Assembly (NCBI GenBank): GCA_030390025.1
Contig: CM059432.1
Coordinates: forward strand, 149,298,001 to 149,362,000
DNA length: 64,000 nt
From: Squalus acanthias
Lineage: Eukaryota
Reading direction: 5' to 3'
This document shows positions 49,251-61,800 of this stretch, piece after piece; positions within the stretch are counted from its first letter, which is position 1, and each line of letters begins with the position of its first letter. Position numbers and translations under genes: made by a program. Below the pieces are notes generated by a model. The model did no database searches and was not told where the DNA came from. It saw only the letters and a list, made by a program, of their open reading frames with translations.

Positions 49251-50394
49251 TGTGAGAACAAGTTCAGCCAGGCGGAGGAGGGTGGTGGTGGATGGGGACT
49301 GGTTGGGCCTCTCACCTTACTTCGTCTCACCCTATCAATATCTCCTTCTATTCCTTTCTCACTGTAATTACCTAGTTTTCCCTTAAATGCATCTGAGGAT
49401 CATACAGCAATAAACTAGTTAACAGTATTTGGCATTGCTTCAGAAGGCATGATCCTGCCTGACCAACCCCCTCGACTTCTTTGACAAAGTGATAACGCAA
49501 ATGGATTGTGGGAAGCCCTATGACATGGTGTACCTCGACTTTCAAAAGAAAAGGCTTTTGACAAAGTTGCACAAAAAAAAGGCGCACAGAAAACTCAAAT
49601 CTGTGGGGTTTCGGTGTAAATCCTGGGAATGGATAAGAAACTGCTCGAAGGGTGAGAAACCACGAAGACTCGTTAAAGCACTCCTGTCGGAGTGGGAAGA
49701 AGCACTGAGTAGGATCCGTACCTCTGGGCGCAGTGCAGGCATCCACGAGTACTTCAAATTAAACTGTGGGAGTAGAACAAGGGGACACACCCGTACAAAC
49801 TAGAGAAGGGTACTGTTTGGACAGATATCAGAAAATTCTCCTTCCCACAGTGTGGAAGAAACTTCCAGATAGAGTTGTGGAGGCAAAAACCATGAAATAA
49901 TTAAAGAAAAATTGGTACAATGGGTCGGGTGGGGTGGCGTTGGTATCTCTCTGACTGGCTGGCTCCAATGGGCCGAATGGCCTTCCTCATTCATGTACAA
50001 CCTAAAGATTTACTTATCGAGACTCTGAAACACTCTAAACCTGCTGCTTCCTTTTCTCACTTTTACCTGCACTTCTGCAATATTTGTGGTATCTCTCCAA
50101 CCTCTAGTCTGTCCACTTACATTTCCAATCGTCATGTTGCCCTCTTTTTCTGAGTGAAACTTAAGTTTCACTTTTGTCTCTTTCTCATTCCAATTTACCT
50201 CTTTCACTTTCTACTCGACTTCAGATCCAAATGCGGTGGTGATGTATTTTGAGCTACATTAGATTATTGATCTTTTTATATTTTTGTTCTCGAGATGTGT
50301 GTGACCCTGGCAAGCTCACATTTATTCCCCATCCCTAACTGCCCTGAGAAGGTGGGCTTTCATCTTTGAACCAATGGTAGTAGCTGGGGAATTC

Positions 50395-50782
50395 CATGAT
50401 CTTATTGAAACATATAAGATACTGAGGGGGCTCGACAGGGTAGATGCAGAGAGGATGTTTCCCCTCGTGGGGAAATCTAGAACTCGGGGGCACAGTTTCA
50501 GAATAAAGGGTCGCCCTTTTAGAACTGAGATGAGGAGGAATTTCTTCTCTGAGGGTCGTAACTCTGTGGAATTCTCTGCCCCAGAGAGCCGTGGAGGCTG
50601 GGTCATTAAAAACATTTAAGGTGGAGATAGACAGGTTTTTTGCAAGATAAGGGAGTGAAGGGTTATGGGGAGCGGGCAGGGAAGTGGCTTTGAGCCCAAG
50701 ATCAGCCATGATCTTATTGAATGGCGGAGCAGGCTTGAGGGGCCAAGTGGCCTAATCCTGCTCCTATTTCTTAAGTTCTTAT
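50395..50782 (+). mobile_element. CR1 3' fragment nested in a LINE tail
   Basis: DLIETYKILRGLDRVDAERMF; CR1 tail. Confidence 0.88.
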
Positions 50783-51474
50783 TTACCGAGGGACAGTGAA
50801 GGAACGCTGAAATATGTCCAAGTCAGGATGGTGTGTGACGTGGAAGTGGCAGCACCCGAGGGGTTGAAAGCCTCAGTTCACCCTGAAATGGCCAGGCGAT
50901 AAACAGCTAAACCTGGATGAGTTGTCTGTATGAGGCATTCAGATGTAAATTAGTAATCCTGTAACTCGTTCCTCAAGAGTTTAATATGTTAATTATTTAA
51001 CTGGCCCAAGCTACCCCATTCAGTTCTCAAACATCCTGCGTAATTGACCAAAAATGGCAGCCGAGCAGATGTCTTTTGTTCTGCCAGATCTTCGCAGGAA
51101 GTAGGTTGGTGAAGGTGACAAAGAATCAGGCAGCCTGGTAGCAGTGAATCTTGGTTCAGAACTGTGTCTGATGTGAAGACGTGGGCCAGGCCTGTGGGTA
51201 GGGGCAGCAACAGTGATTCCTTGTCGCCCCTTTCGATGGACAACTCTGTCTCGGGGTTCCAGTTACAGGTTTATATTGGGCTACCTTGCTTAGATCAGCG
51301 ATCTACATTCTACAACCAGCAGAGAGGCTGATTTGCTCTGGTTCTTACCTAAGAACTGTGTAACGAATTTCAAGGATGTGGCGCGGTACTCGGAGAAGCG
51401 CCTTTATTGTTTTAATGATAAGTGAAGTATAGCGAAGTCTGTAATGCATTGTTTTATGCTGAATTACCATTCAT

Positions 51475-53310
51475 TCATTCTTTGAAGAAGTAACAGAAAG
51501 AATAGACAAGGGTAATGTAGTAGATGTAATATACTTGGATTTTTAAAAGCCTTCGATAAGGTACCACATAGTAGACTCAAGACTTAAGATCAGAGCATGT
51601 GGAGTCAGGGCACAAGTAGCAGAACGGATAGCAAACTGGCTACAAGACAGAAAACCGAGAGTCGAGGTTAAAATTAGGTTACTCAGACTGATGGAAGGTG
51701 GGAAGTGGTGTTCCACAAGGATCGGTATTGGGACCACTGCTGTTCACTATTTACATTAACGATTAGGGCTCTGCAATCGGAAGTACAATTTCAAAATTTG
51801 TGGATGACCCCAAATTTAGGGGCTGTATGGAGAAAGACTGCGACAAAATACAAGGCGGCGTTGATAAACTTTCAGAATGGGCGTGTAAATGGCAAATGAA
51901 TTTTAATATCGATGAGTGTGAGGTGGTGCATTTTTTAGGAGGAATAAGGAGGCCACCTACTCCTTGGAAAACAAGAGTCTAAATGGCATAAAGGTGCAAA
52001 GGGATCTCTGGGTACAGATTCACAAATCACTGAAAGTAGCGACGCAAGTCATAGAGTCACAACGGCACAGAAGGAGGCCATTCGGCCCATCGAGTCCGTG
52101 CCGGCTCTCTGTAGAGCAATCCAGTCAGTCCCATTCCCCCGCTCTATCCCCGTAGCCCTATAAACTTATTTCCCTCAAGTACCTATCCAGTCTCCCCTTG
52201 AAAACATTGAGTGTCTCCGCTTCCACCACTTCCGTCGGCAGCGAGTTCCAGGTCCTCACCACTCGCTGTGTAAAAAAAAGTTTTTCCTCACATTCCCCCC
52301 TTGTATCTCTTGCCCAAAACCTTAAATCTGTGTCCCCTAGTCCTTGTACCATCAACTAGTGGGAACAGCCTTTCCCCCGTCTAGCCTATCCAAACCCGTC
52401 ATAATCTTGTACACCTCTATCAAATCACCCCTCAACCTCCTTTGCTCTAATGAAAACAAATCCAGCTTCTCCAACCTGTCCTTGTAGCTAAGATCCCCCA
52501 TCCCCGGAACCATTCTGGTAAATCTCCTCTGCACCCTCTCAAGGGCCTTCACATCCTTCCTAAAGTCTGGTGACCAGAACTAGACGTAATACTCCAGTTG
52601 TGGCCTAACCAGCACTTTATAAAGGTTCAGCATAACGAAGGCCATTAAAAATGCGAACATATCACAGCTTCATTTCATGAGGAATAGAGTTGAAAAGCAG
52701 GGAAGTTTTGTTAAGCTTCTGTAGAACCTTGGTGAGACCACACTTGCAGTACTGTGCGCAGTTCTGGTCTCCACATTATAAAAAGGGATATAGTAGCATT
52801 GGTGAAGGTGCAAAAAAGATTTACAAAGATGATGCCAGAATTGAGAGATTATAACTATCGGGAAAGATTGAATAGCTGAGGCTCATCTCTGTAGAAATGA
52901 GTGTAAGGTGGTGCATTTTTGTAGAAATGAGGCTGAGGGATGACCTAATAGAGGTCTTTAAAAATTATGAAGGGGTTTGATAGGGTAGATGTAGAGAAGA
53001 TGTTTTCACTTGTGGGGGAGCCCAAAACTAGGAAATAAATATAAAATAGCCACTAATAAATCCAATAAAAAATTCAGGAGAAACTTATGTACCAGAGAGT
53101 GGTGAGAATGTGGAACTCGCTACCACAGGGAGTGGTTGAGTCGAATAGTGTAGATGCATTTAAGGAGAAGCTCGATAAGTACATGAGGGAGAAAGGAATT
53201 TAAGGACATGCAGATAGTGGATGGGGGGGAGGCTCGAGTGGCACATAAATACCAGCCCAGACCAGTTGGGCTGAATGGCCTGTTTCTGTGCTGTAAATTC
53301 TAGGCAATTT
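51475..53310 (+). mobile_element. Decayed CR1 RT and 3' end containing an opposite-strand CR1 at 52048-52636
   Basis: Homologous to 34015-35402; host resumes at aaggccattaaaa after the nested copy. Confidence 0.87.
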
Positions 53311-54884
53311 ACTTCCTCCATTATATAAATGGCATGTTTGTGTTATAGCAGAGCCTTTGTCTGTTCGAGTGTATATTCAATCCACCTGTAGAAAACGAGC
53401 AGGATTGCATGGTACATCACTAACCGGGAGTACAGGGACCAACTGTGGCTAGCACCCTCGCCTCTGAGTCAGAAGGTTGTAAATTCAAGTCCCCACTCCA
53501 GAGACTTGAGCACAAAATCTAGGCTGACACTCCAGTGCAGCGCTGAGGGAATGCTGCACTGTAGGAGGTGCCGTCTTTCAGATGAGACGTTAAACCGCGG
53601 CCCCATCTGTCCTACCTTTTTCTTCTCTCCTTCCCATCTGTGGCAAGGTTTCTGTATTTGATCCCTGAGTCTAACTATCTAGAGATTCATTCTCTCGGTC
53701 TGTCTCATAAATTTATCTTCTGTTCCTGGCACTCTCCTCACCCCAGTAATTCTAATCTTTCTAACTTTGTCAGGTAAGATTCCTTCTGCTGAAATTGCCA
53801 ATTATGGCAACTTAAATGTTCATCGTTAGCATTGCCTCTGCGTATTTGTTGATCAGACTGGCACTAATGCAGAGTCGATTGTTATTCTGAATGACCAGAC
53901 ATCCTGTCAATCAGCCTGCCCATATCCTGTTCGACCTGGAAGTTCAGCTGACCTGGACTTTTTCCTCCCTTCAGTCTTGGCTCTTAAGCTGTATCTGTTT
54001 CCTCTCCATTGGCCTCTTCTGACCACTGATTCCTATCTACCTCCCCTGCACAATATCCTGCTTTGGCAAAAAATTTGACACCGATCCACATAAGGATAAA
54101 TTAGGGCAGGTGACCAAAAGCTTGGTCGAAGAGGTCGGTTTTAAGGAGCGTCTTAAAGGAGGAAAGAGAGGTAGCGAGGCGGAGAGGTTTAAGCAGGGAA
54201 TTCCAGAGCTTAGGGCCGAGGCAACAGAAGTTCATGGTCTTCATGAATTGTTTGCTGCCTTTCTCCAGCTGCCTACTTTCACTCTTCTTACCCTTCGATC
54301 TGTACAGGTGCAGTACTTGATATTATTCTCGCCTGCATCGAAAGTTCCGTACTTCGCTTCTTCCCCTCTTATCAGATCTGCTACACTATCTTTATTCAGT
54401 TCTGCTGACTGTTGTAAAATGTCTGTCACACCTGGTGTCTCAGTCAGTCTGACGAATATCGAGCCGTCGTTAGTCTCCACTTGTCGGCTGCTATTGGAGC
54501 ATTTAAACCCAACCCTGCTGAAAAGAAGAGATAGTAAAGCAAAGATTCCAACTCTAGTCCTTTTATCAACTCCGCACTGAACAAAGTTCTGGAATGTGCC
54601 TGCTCTGTATACGGTCTTCATGAATTGTTTGCTGCCTTTGCTCTCAGCCTGCTGTCTGTACAGGTGGGCGATGAGGTTTCCCACTCAATCACTGAGATGG
54701 CCCACTGTTGTATATTTCTAACAGAATGAGTTCTTTCCCCACTTATATCAGCATTTGCAGTTGATCAGTAATAATTGGATGTTTAGCCCACCGTCAGGTT
54801 AGATGGACAATGTAGTGGCAGACTCTAGAAGTTGTGCTTTTTATGGCTGTTTGGTGGTGACTTAGTTTATGAAGCCTGAGATTC

Positions 54885-55425
54885 AGTGTCCAGTATTGGT
54901 CTCCTTATTTAAGGAAGGATGTAAATGCGCTGGAAGCAGTTCAGAGAAGGTTTACTAGACTAATACCTGGAATGGGCGGGTTGTCTTATGAGGAAAGGTT
55001 GGACAGGCTAGGCTTGTATCCGCTGGAGTTTAGAAGAGTAAGAGGTGACTTGATTGAAACATATAAGATCCTGAGGGGTCTGGACAGGGTGGATGTGGAG
55101 AGGATGTTTCCTCTTGTGGGAGAATCTAGAACTAGGGGTCACTGTTTAAAAATAAGGGGTCGCCCATTTACGACAGAGATGAGGAGACATTTTTTCTCAC
55201 AGAGGGTCGTGAGTCTTTGGAACTCTCTTCCTCAGAGGGTGGTGGAAGCAGAGTCTTTGAATATTTTTAAGGCAGAGGTAGATAGATTCTTGATAAGCAA
55301 GGGGGGTGAAAGGTTATCGGGGGTAGGCGGGAATGTGGAGTAATCAGATCAGCCATGATCTTATTGAATGGCGGAGCAGGCTCGAGGGGCCGAGTGTCCT
55401 GCTCCTAATTCATATGTTCGTATTA
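54885..55425 (+). mobile_element. CR1 3' fragment
   Basis: ORF 54972..55343; CR1 tail. Confidence 0.9.
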
Positions 55426-56029
55426 TGCAGTGTTGTTTTGTTTGGAACCCGGAGTAGCAAATGTATTCCAAAGTTCTCTTCTAGGAAGGGTAGGCCTGGA
55501 TGCATGACAGCTTGCCATTGGTGTGAGGGCAGAATCCTTTCTGTAATTCCTCCCTTTGATTTTAGCGTGCTGCAAAAATAAAACGTGTAACTCTAGTCTT
55601 TGTAACCCATTACTGGCCTTGTAGGTCTTGGTTCTGTGACGCCCCACAAACCAACCTCACGTCCATACAGGGGGGATCTGTTGCATTAATTACAAGAATA
55701 AATCCTTCACCTGTTCAAGGAGCCTTCTGTACAGTCTGCCTATTGAACAGTTAGAAAAAAGACTTTTGTTTTCTGTGGTGAAAACTAAAGGAAGTCTACA
55801 AGTAAGCCCAATAACGCTGATGGAACATATTCATCATTTGTTTCACGTAGAGATACCTCTTAGTTTGTGGGGTTGCTCTGATTCTTTAATCTTTCCAATA
55901 TTTATAAAGTTTAGACTTGAAACTCATTGAATTCATGGTTCACATTACAGGTGCCCATGTCGGGAAATTTTCTTGGGAAATATTCTGCTATATCACAATC
56001 CAATTTGGACATCTGATCCTAATTTTCCT

Positions 56030-58016
56030 TTAGGATCATCCTGGAGAGCAAAAATAGCCACTGACTTCTCTTCTCCACTACCAATCGTCTCCTTAAATTC
56101 CTCTCTCGAGTCTCCTTCAGTCGCACCTCCAACAATCTGCGAGAAGCTTGTGGACTTCTTTGTCACTGATTGCGACCATCCGCTCAGTTGCCTCTGCTGC
56201 CACCCCCTGCCTTAGCCTTAAACCCATGTCTTTCTCCAGTTTCTCTCCTCTCTGAACTCATCTTGTCCATGAGACCTACCTCCTGCTCTCTTGACCATCA
56301 TACCCACCAAACTGCTGACCACCCAGCTTCCCTGACTGGCACCCCATGCTAGCTGACTTTCTAAATACATAGAAACATAGAAGATAGGAGCAGGAGTAGG
56401 CCATTCGGCCCCTCGAGCCTGCTCCACCATTCAATGCGATCATGGCTGATCATCCAAATTCAGTACCCTGTCCCTGCTTTTTCCCCATATCCCTTGATCC
56501 CTTTAGCCTTAAGAAATATATCTAACTCCTTCTTGAATATATTTAATGAATTGGCCTCAACTGTCTTCTGCGGTAGAATAGAAACAGAATTCTACCATAG
56601 AACTAAATAGTTCCCTCTCCTCAGGTACTGTCCCTCTTGCTTTCAAAAATGCCATCATCAACCCTCCTCAAAAAACCCACCCTTGACCCCTCTGCCCTTG
56701 CAAACTACTGCCTCATCTCCAAACTCCCTTCCCTCTTCAGAGTTCTTGGAACGTGTTGTTGCCTCCCATATCCACACCCATCTTTCTGCAACTCCATATT
56801 TGAATCTCTCCAATCAGGTTTCTGCCCTGCCACAGCACTGAAATGGCCCTAATCAAAGTCACAAACGACATCCTCTGTGACTGACCGTGACCATGGTGCA
56901 TTGTCCTCTCTCTAGCCTTTGACGTGGTCGACCACATCATCTCCTCCAATGTCTTTCCTCTGCTGTCCAGCTCCGTGAGATTGCCCTCGCTTGGTACCAC
57001 TCTCAACTATCCAGTCGTAGCCAGATCATCTCCAGCAATGGCTTCTTGTCCCACCCTGCACAGTTATATCTGGAGTACGTCAAGGATTTGTCCTTTGCCC
57101 CCACATCTACATGCTGCCTGTTGGTCAGCAGACATGGGCTCAGCTTCCACATGTACGCTGACAGCTCCCGGGTCTACCTCTCCGCCAACTCTCTCAACCC
57201 ATCCACTGCCTCTTTGTTGTCAGACCACTTGTCCAATAACTAGTCTTGGATGAGCCGCAATTTTTTAATTGAGAAGATTGAAACCATCGTCTTCAGCCCC
57301 CGCTACAAACTCCTTTCCCTTACCACTGATACCATCCCTCTCCTCGGCCACGGTCTCAGGCTGAGCCTGCAATTTGCAATCTCTGCATCCTATTCGACCC
57401 TGAGCTGAGATTCTGACCCCCATATCCTCTCCATCACAAAGCCCACCTGCATCCACCTTCGTAACATTGCCCACCTCAACACCTGTCTGCTGCTGAAAGC
57501 CTCATCCATGCCTGTCCCCTCCAGACTCACCTATTCCAAAGATCACCTGGCCGGCCTCCCATTCTCCATCCTCCCTAAACTTCAGCTCATCCACAATTCT
57601 GCTGCCCGTATTCTATCCCACACCAAGTCCTGCTCACCTACATTGGCTCAAATCTAAAAAATCTCATCCTTGTGTTTAAATCTCTTCATGGCCTTGCCCC
57701 TCCCTTTCTCTGTAACCACTTCCAGCTCGACAACCGCCCCTCCCCGCAAACTCTCCGTTTTTTTCAACACTGTTCTCTTGTATATCCCTTCCCCCACCCT
57801 TCGCCCCGTCATTAGCGCCTGTGCCTTTAGCCGCCTAGGCCCCATGCTCTGGGATTCCCTCCCTAAACTCCACCTCCTTAAAACCCACCTCTTTGACCAA
57901 GCTTTTACTCACCCTTCCTAATATCTACTTTTCATCCATTTTTGTCTGATTATGCCTGTGAGCTGCCTTGGAATGTTTTTCTAGGTTAAAGGCACTATAT
58001 TAATACAAGTTATTGT
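56030..58016 (+). mobile_element. Decayed L2 RT and 3' region with a nested CR1 tail at about 56366-56578 (minus)
   Basis: LLKKPTLDPSALANY, FESLQSGF, FHMYAD fragments; L2 tail. Confidence 0.82.
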
Positions 58017-58051
58017 TAAGCTTGGTACTAAATGAACTTATGTACTTTATA

Positions 58052-58353
58052 CAAAAGCAAAATACTGCGGATGCTGGAAATCTGAAATAAAAACAGAAAA
58101 TGCTGGAAATACTCAGCAGGTCAGGCAGCATCTGTGGAGAGAGAAACAGAGTTAACGTTTCAGGTCGATGACCCTTCGTCAGAACTGGAAAAAGTTGAAG
58201 ACTGAACAGGTTTTTAAGCAAGTGTAGGGGCCGGGAAAGGGGGGAGGGGAGGGGAGGAAAGAACAAAAGGGAAGGTCTGTGATAGGATGCAGATTAAGAG
58301 ACAAAAGGGATGATGGTGCAAGGCAAAAAGAGATGGTAATGGGACAAGTTAAG
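58052..58353 (-). mobile_element. Penelope-like family B solo pseudo-LTR with intact hammerhead motif at 58150-58186
   Basis: Homologous to 35485-35700 and 47621-47753; reverse complement AGUU-CUGACGA-A-GGGUC(auc)GACCU-GAAA-CG-UU/AACU. Confidence 0.85.
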
Positions 58354-58355
58354 TA

Positions 58356-58836
58356 CAGGAAACTCTTTATTAACCGGCACCGACGGGACCGGCGTGGTGC
58401 CGGTTTATCAAAAATTCCGGATAACGGAGAGTTATATCTACCAAGGTACGAGAGCCCCGTACATGGCCACAGATCCAGGAGTCCCTGGTGCACGGCCACA
58501 GGTGCAGGAGCCCCGGTCACATTAAAGAATTTTCTTTTGAGTAGCCAGCTTTTTTTGATTTAAAAAGTACTTTGTACAAACCTTAACCTTTGGTCTCAAA
58601 CAGTATGTGTGGTGCCCTCGATCACAGCCATCACACAACAGCATGTTTTCTGCATCTCCCTTCTTGTGACAGATCTTACAGCGATCTTACAGCGAGCATT
58701 CAGCAAAGACTTGGCCCATATAATGCTACGATCCAGTGTAGAGAGATGAAGGAAAACCCCGGTTACCTACTCCTGAATTTTGCCGGTTAAGAGAGATTTC
58801 CGGATATTTGGGTGCTGGTTAATAAAGAGTTTCCTG
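58356..58836. mobile_element. Tc1/mariner (pogo/Tigger-like) MITE, 481 bp
   Basis: 26-bp TIRs caggaaactctttattaacc(g/a)gcacc with one mismatch; TA dinucleotide on both sides. Confidence 0.85.
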
Positions 58837-59266
58837 TACTTTCTCTTTGAACTTCTGTATTTTTGAGTTAAAATTTCTGACATGGAGACTGCAGTCCATT
58901 TCCGATAAGGAGTTTGCAGGTCATTGAACCTATAAACTTCCTCTCTGATTGGAGTCCAGTATACTAAAGCAAATTCAAAATACTCGATAATTTGAATTCT
59001 TACTGTGCTAAAGAGGCTCTGTACCATTTTAACACAAATGCTTAACTTGAATTTCTGGATAATTAAAATTTTTGAGGGGGGCAATAAATGATTTTAAATT
59101 ATCAGGAATAGACTGTCTGTTTCTTCCACGCCCCTTTTATTTTTTCCTCCCTTCCAGTCATTCAGCTTTCAGTTTTGATGATGGGCTCTGTTTTTCTCTT
59201 TACGGATGGTGATGGACCTGTTGTGTATTGAAAGTATTTTGTGTCTCTAGCTTCGATTTCAGCTAC

Positions 59267-59948
59267 ATCAACATTCTGGGGGTCACCATTGACCAGAAAC
59301 TTAACTGGACCAGCCACATAAATACTGTGGCAACAAGAGCAGGTCAGAGGCTGGGTATTCTGTGGCGAGTGTCTCACCTCCTGACTCCCCAAAGCCTTTC
59401 CACCATCTACAAGGCACAAGTAAGGAGTGTGATGGAATAATCTCCATTTGCCTGGATTAGTGCAGCTCCAACAACACTCAAAAAGCTCAACACCATCCAG
59501 GACAAAGCAGCCCACTTGATTGACACCCCATCCACCACCTTAAACATTCACTCCCTCCACCACCAGCGCACCGTGGCTGCAGTGTGTACCATCTACAAGA
59601 TGCACTGCAGCAACTCGCCAAGGCTGCTTCAGTAGCACCTCCCAAACCCGCGACCTCTTCCACCTAGAAGGACAAGGGCAGCAGGCACATGGGAACACCA
59701 CCACCTCCAAGTTCCCCTCCAAGTCACACACCATCCCGACTTGGAAGTATATCGCCGATCCTTCATCGTCGCTGGGTCAAAATCCTGGAACTCCCTCCCT
59801 AACAGCACTGTGGGAGTACCTTCACCACACGGACTGCAGCAGTTCAAGAAGGCGGCTCACCACCACCTTCTCAAGGGCAACTCGGGATGGGCAATAAATG
59901 CTGGCCTTGCCAGCGACGCCCAAATCCCATAAGCGAATAAAATAAAAA
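59267..59948 (+). mobile_element. LINE 3' fragment, same family as 10374-10973
   Basis: Near-identical nucleotide sequence; ILGVTIDQKLNWTSHI motif. Confidence 0.82.
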
Positions 59949-60985
59949 GCTAGGTGAGTTTCTGAACTCCATGCAATTCTGGTTGAACAGCAAGACTTCA
60001 TTTGACACGAGGGCCACTGCACTAACCAGCCTCAGCGTAGGCCTTTTCTGAAGGTTGTTTCTGAAGTCCATCTTCACCTGGAAAATCCACCTCCATTATT
60101 CTATCCACTTCCTTGTGAAGTGGAACTCTACTTTGTGGATGCCAAGTAGACCCTCCTTGCGTTGATAGGACCAAACAACTTTGTAAAGTGTTATAGGAGA
60201 AATCGGGTCAGAATTGGTTCAGGTCAGACAGTGTATTGCGATGCCCAATCTGGCCGTGGAATCCTACACACACTGACTCAATTGAAGACATGCAGCCACC
60301 ATTTGCAGCCTTTACCTGTCCAAATGCCTTTCATTTCTGCAAAATTGTTCACTTCTCTCTGTAATTGAAAGTTAGCACGTTGCGTGGTGTTATTCGCACA
60401 GCAGCTTCAAGACTTTATCTCCCATAACTTTTAAAAGGTAGCAAATGGCTGGTTTAAATTTACGTCATCATCTTAGACGAAGAAGAGTTAAATAACATGG
60501 GCTGAGTTTGAAACACCCGGTGCAGAAATATGAACCCAAGCCAAGTGGACAATCGCGATGGTTCCACAAACCAAGCTTATAGATTTATTTGAACGATTTG
60601 ATTGGTCAGTTTCTGACACTTGCCAGTTTGATATTGGGTGGGGGGGGGGTGGGGTGGGCGGTGTAAATAAGAGATTTGATCGCTCCATTTCCTGTTGTTA
60701 CAAATTCCTCGTTGGTATTTGCTGACCGAATCAACTGCTTTTGATTCGTTCCAGTTACATACTTGGTATGTCAAGAGGCAGGTTACTGCTCGTCACTGAT
60801 AGTTGCCTGTGGCGTGATGCTCCCGAGGCCATACTTGTACGTATGATGCCTTTGAAAGGCTTTATGTGACGGAATATATGCTAGATTTAATTTGTGAGGA
60901 GTGACTATTATGACTGGATAACAAAGCCAGATAAGGCCTCAATTACGTACTTCATGACTCAGATTTATAAACTTAAAAGTTCCAA

Positions 60986-61165
60986 AAGTGAGAAGTCGCA
61001 CAACACCAGGTTATAGTCCAACAGTTTTATTTGAAATCACAAGCTTTCGGAGCGGCTGCTCCTTCGTCAGGTGCCTGTGATTTCAAATAAAACTGTTGGA
61101 CTATAACCTGGTGTTGTGCGACTTCTCACTTTTGTCCACCCCAGTCCAACACCGGCATCTCTGCA
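60986..61165. mobile_element. Short Penelope-like family A insertion (inverted pseudo-LTR plus tail) with 13-bp TSD
   Basis: About 59-bp perfect inverted arms and a 31-nt tail; TSD ttaaaagttccaa at 60973-60985 and 61166-61178. Confidence 0.82.
61038..61073 (-). ncRNA. Minimal type I hammerhead ribozyme motif
   Basis: Reverse complement CAC-CUGACGA-A-GGAGC(agcc)GCUCC-GAAA-GC-UU/GUG; core intact. Confidence 0.8.
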
Positions 61166-61659
61166 TTAAAAGTTCCAAGTTCCCCTCCAGGTCGCACACC
61201 ATCCTGGCTTGGACATATATCGCTGTTCCTTCATCGTCGCTGTGTCAAATTCCTGGAGCCCCCCCCCCTACCTAACAGCACTGTGGGAGTACCTTCACCG
61301 CACTGGCTACAGTGGTTCAAGGAGGAGGCCCGCCACCACCTTCTCGAGGGCAACTAGGGATGAGCAATAAATTCCAGCCTTGTCGGTGACCCCCCACGTC
61401 CCCAGAAGGAATTAAAAAGAAACAGTAAATGCTGTTCAAGTGAAATCAAAGCAGAAAATGCTGGAAGTACCATGCAAGTCGCACAGGGTGGTTTCATGGG
61501 GCCCATCTGTCTTGTAATTCCTATGACTTTTAAGGGTGCATTTATAATCAGAACTGTAGCGTCAATGTGCGTTAGTTATAGTGTAAATGTAGTGTAAATG
61601 TGGAGTAAATAGAATGGAGACTCCCTGGAGGGGGAGTCACATTCCACTTAGTGACCTCT

Positions 61660-61800
61660 ATGACCAAGCTTTTGGTCATCTGCCCTAATTTCTCCTTATG
61701 TGGCTCGGTGTCAAATTTTTTGTCTGATAACGCTCCTGTGAAGCGCCTTGGGACGTTTTACTACGTTAAAGGCGCTATATAAATACTTGTTGTTGTTGTT
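61660..61800 (+). mobile_element. L2 3' tail
   Basis: Near-identical to 32455-32605; ends in (ttg)n. Confidence 0.85.

Larger units (their letters stand above)
47619..49307 (-). mobile_element. 5'-truncated Penelope-like element family B with 3' pseudo-LTR
   Basis: RT and GIY-YIG ORF; pseudo-LTR with hammerhead; TSD cctctcaccttac at 47606-47618 and 49308-49320; inserted into a CR1 3' tail fragment. Confidence 0.92.
45580..49990 (+). mobile_element. Old CR1 broken into pieces (about 45580-45990, 46970-47520, 49385-49990) by younger insertions
   Basis: Collinear remnants PLGGSDH, gattggaaacaagctaatgt, DMVYLDFQK, SRTRGH. Confidence 0.6.
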
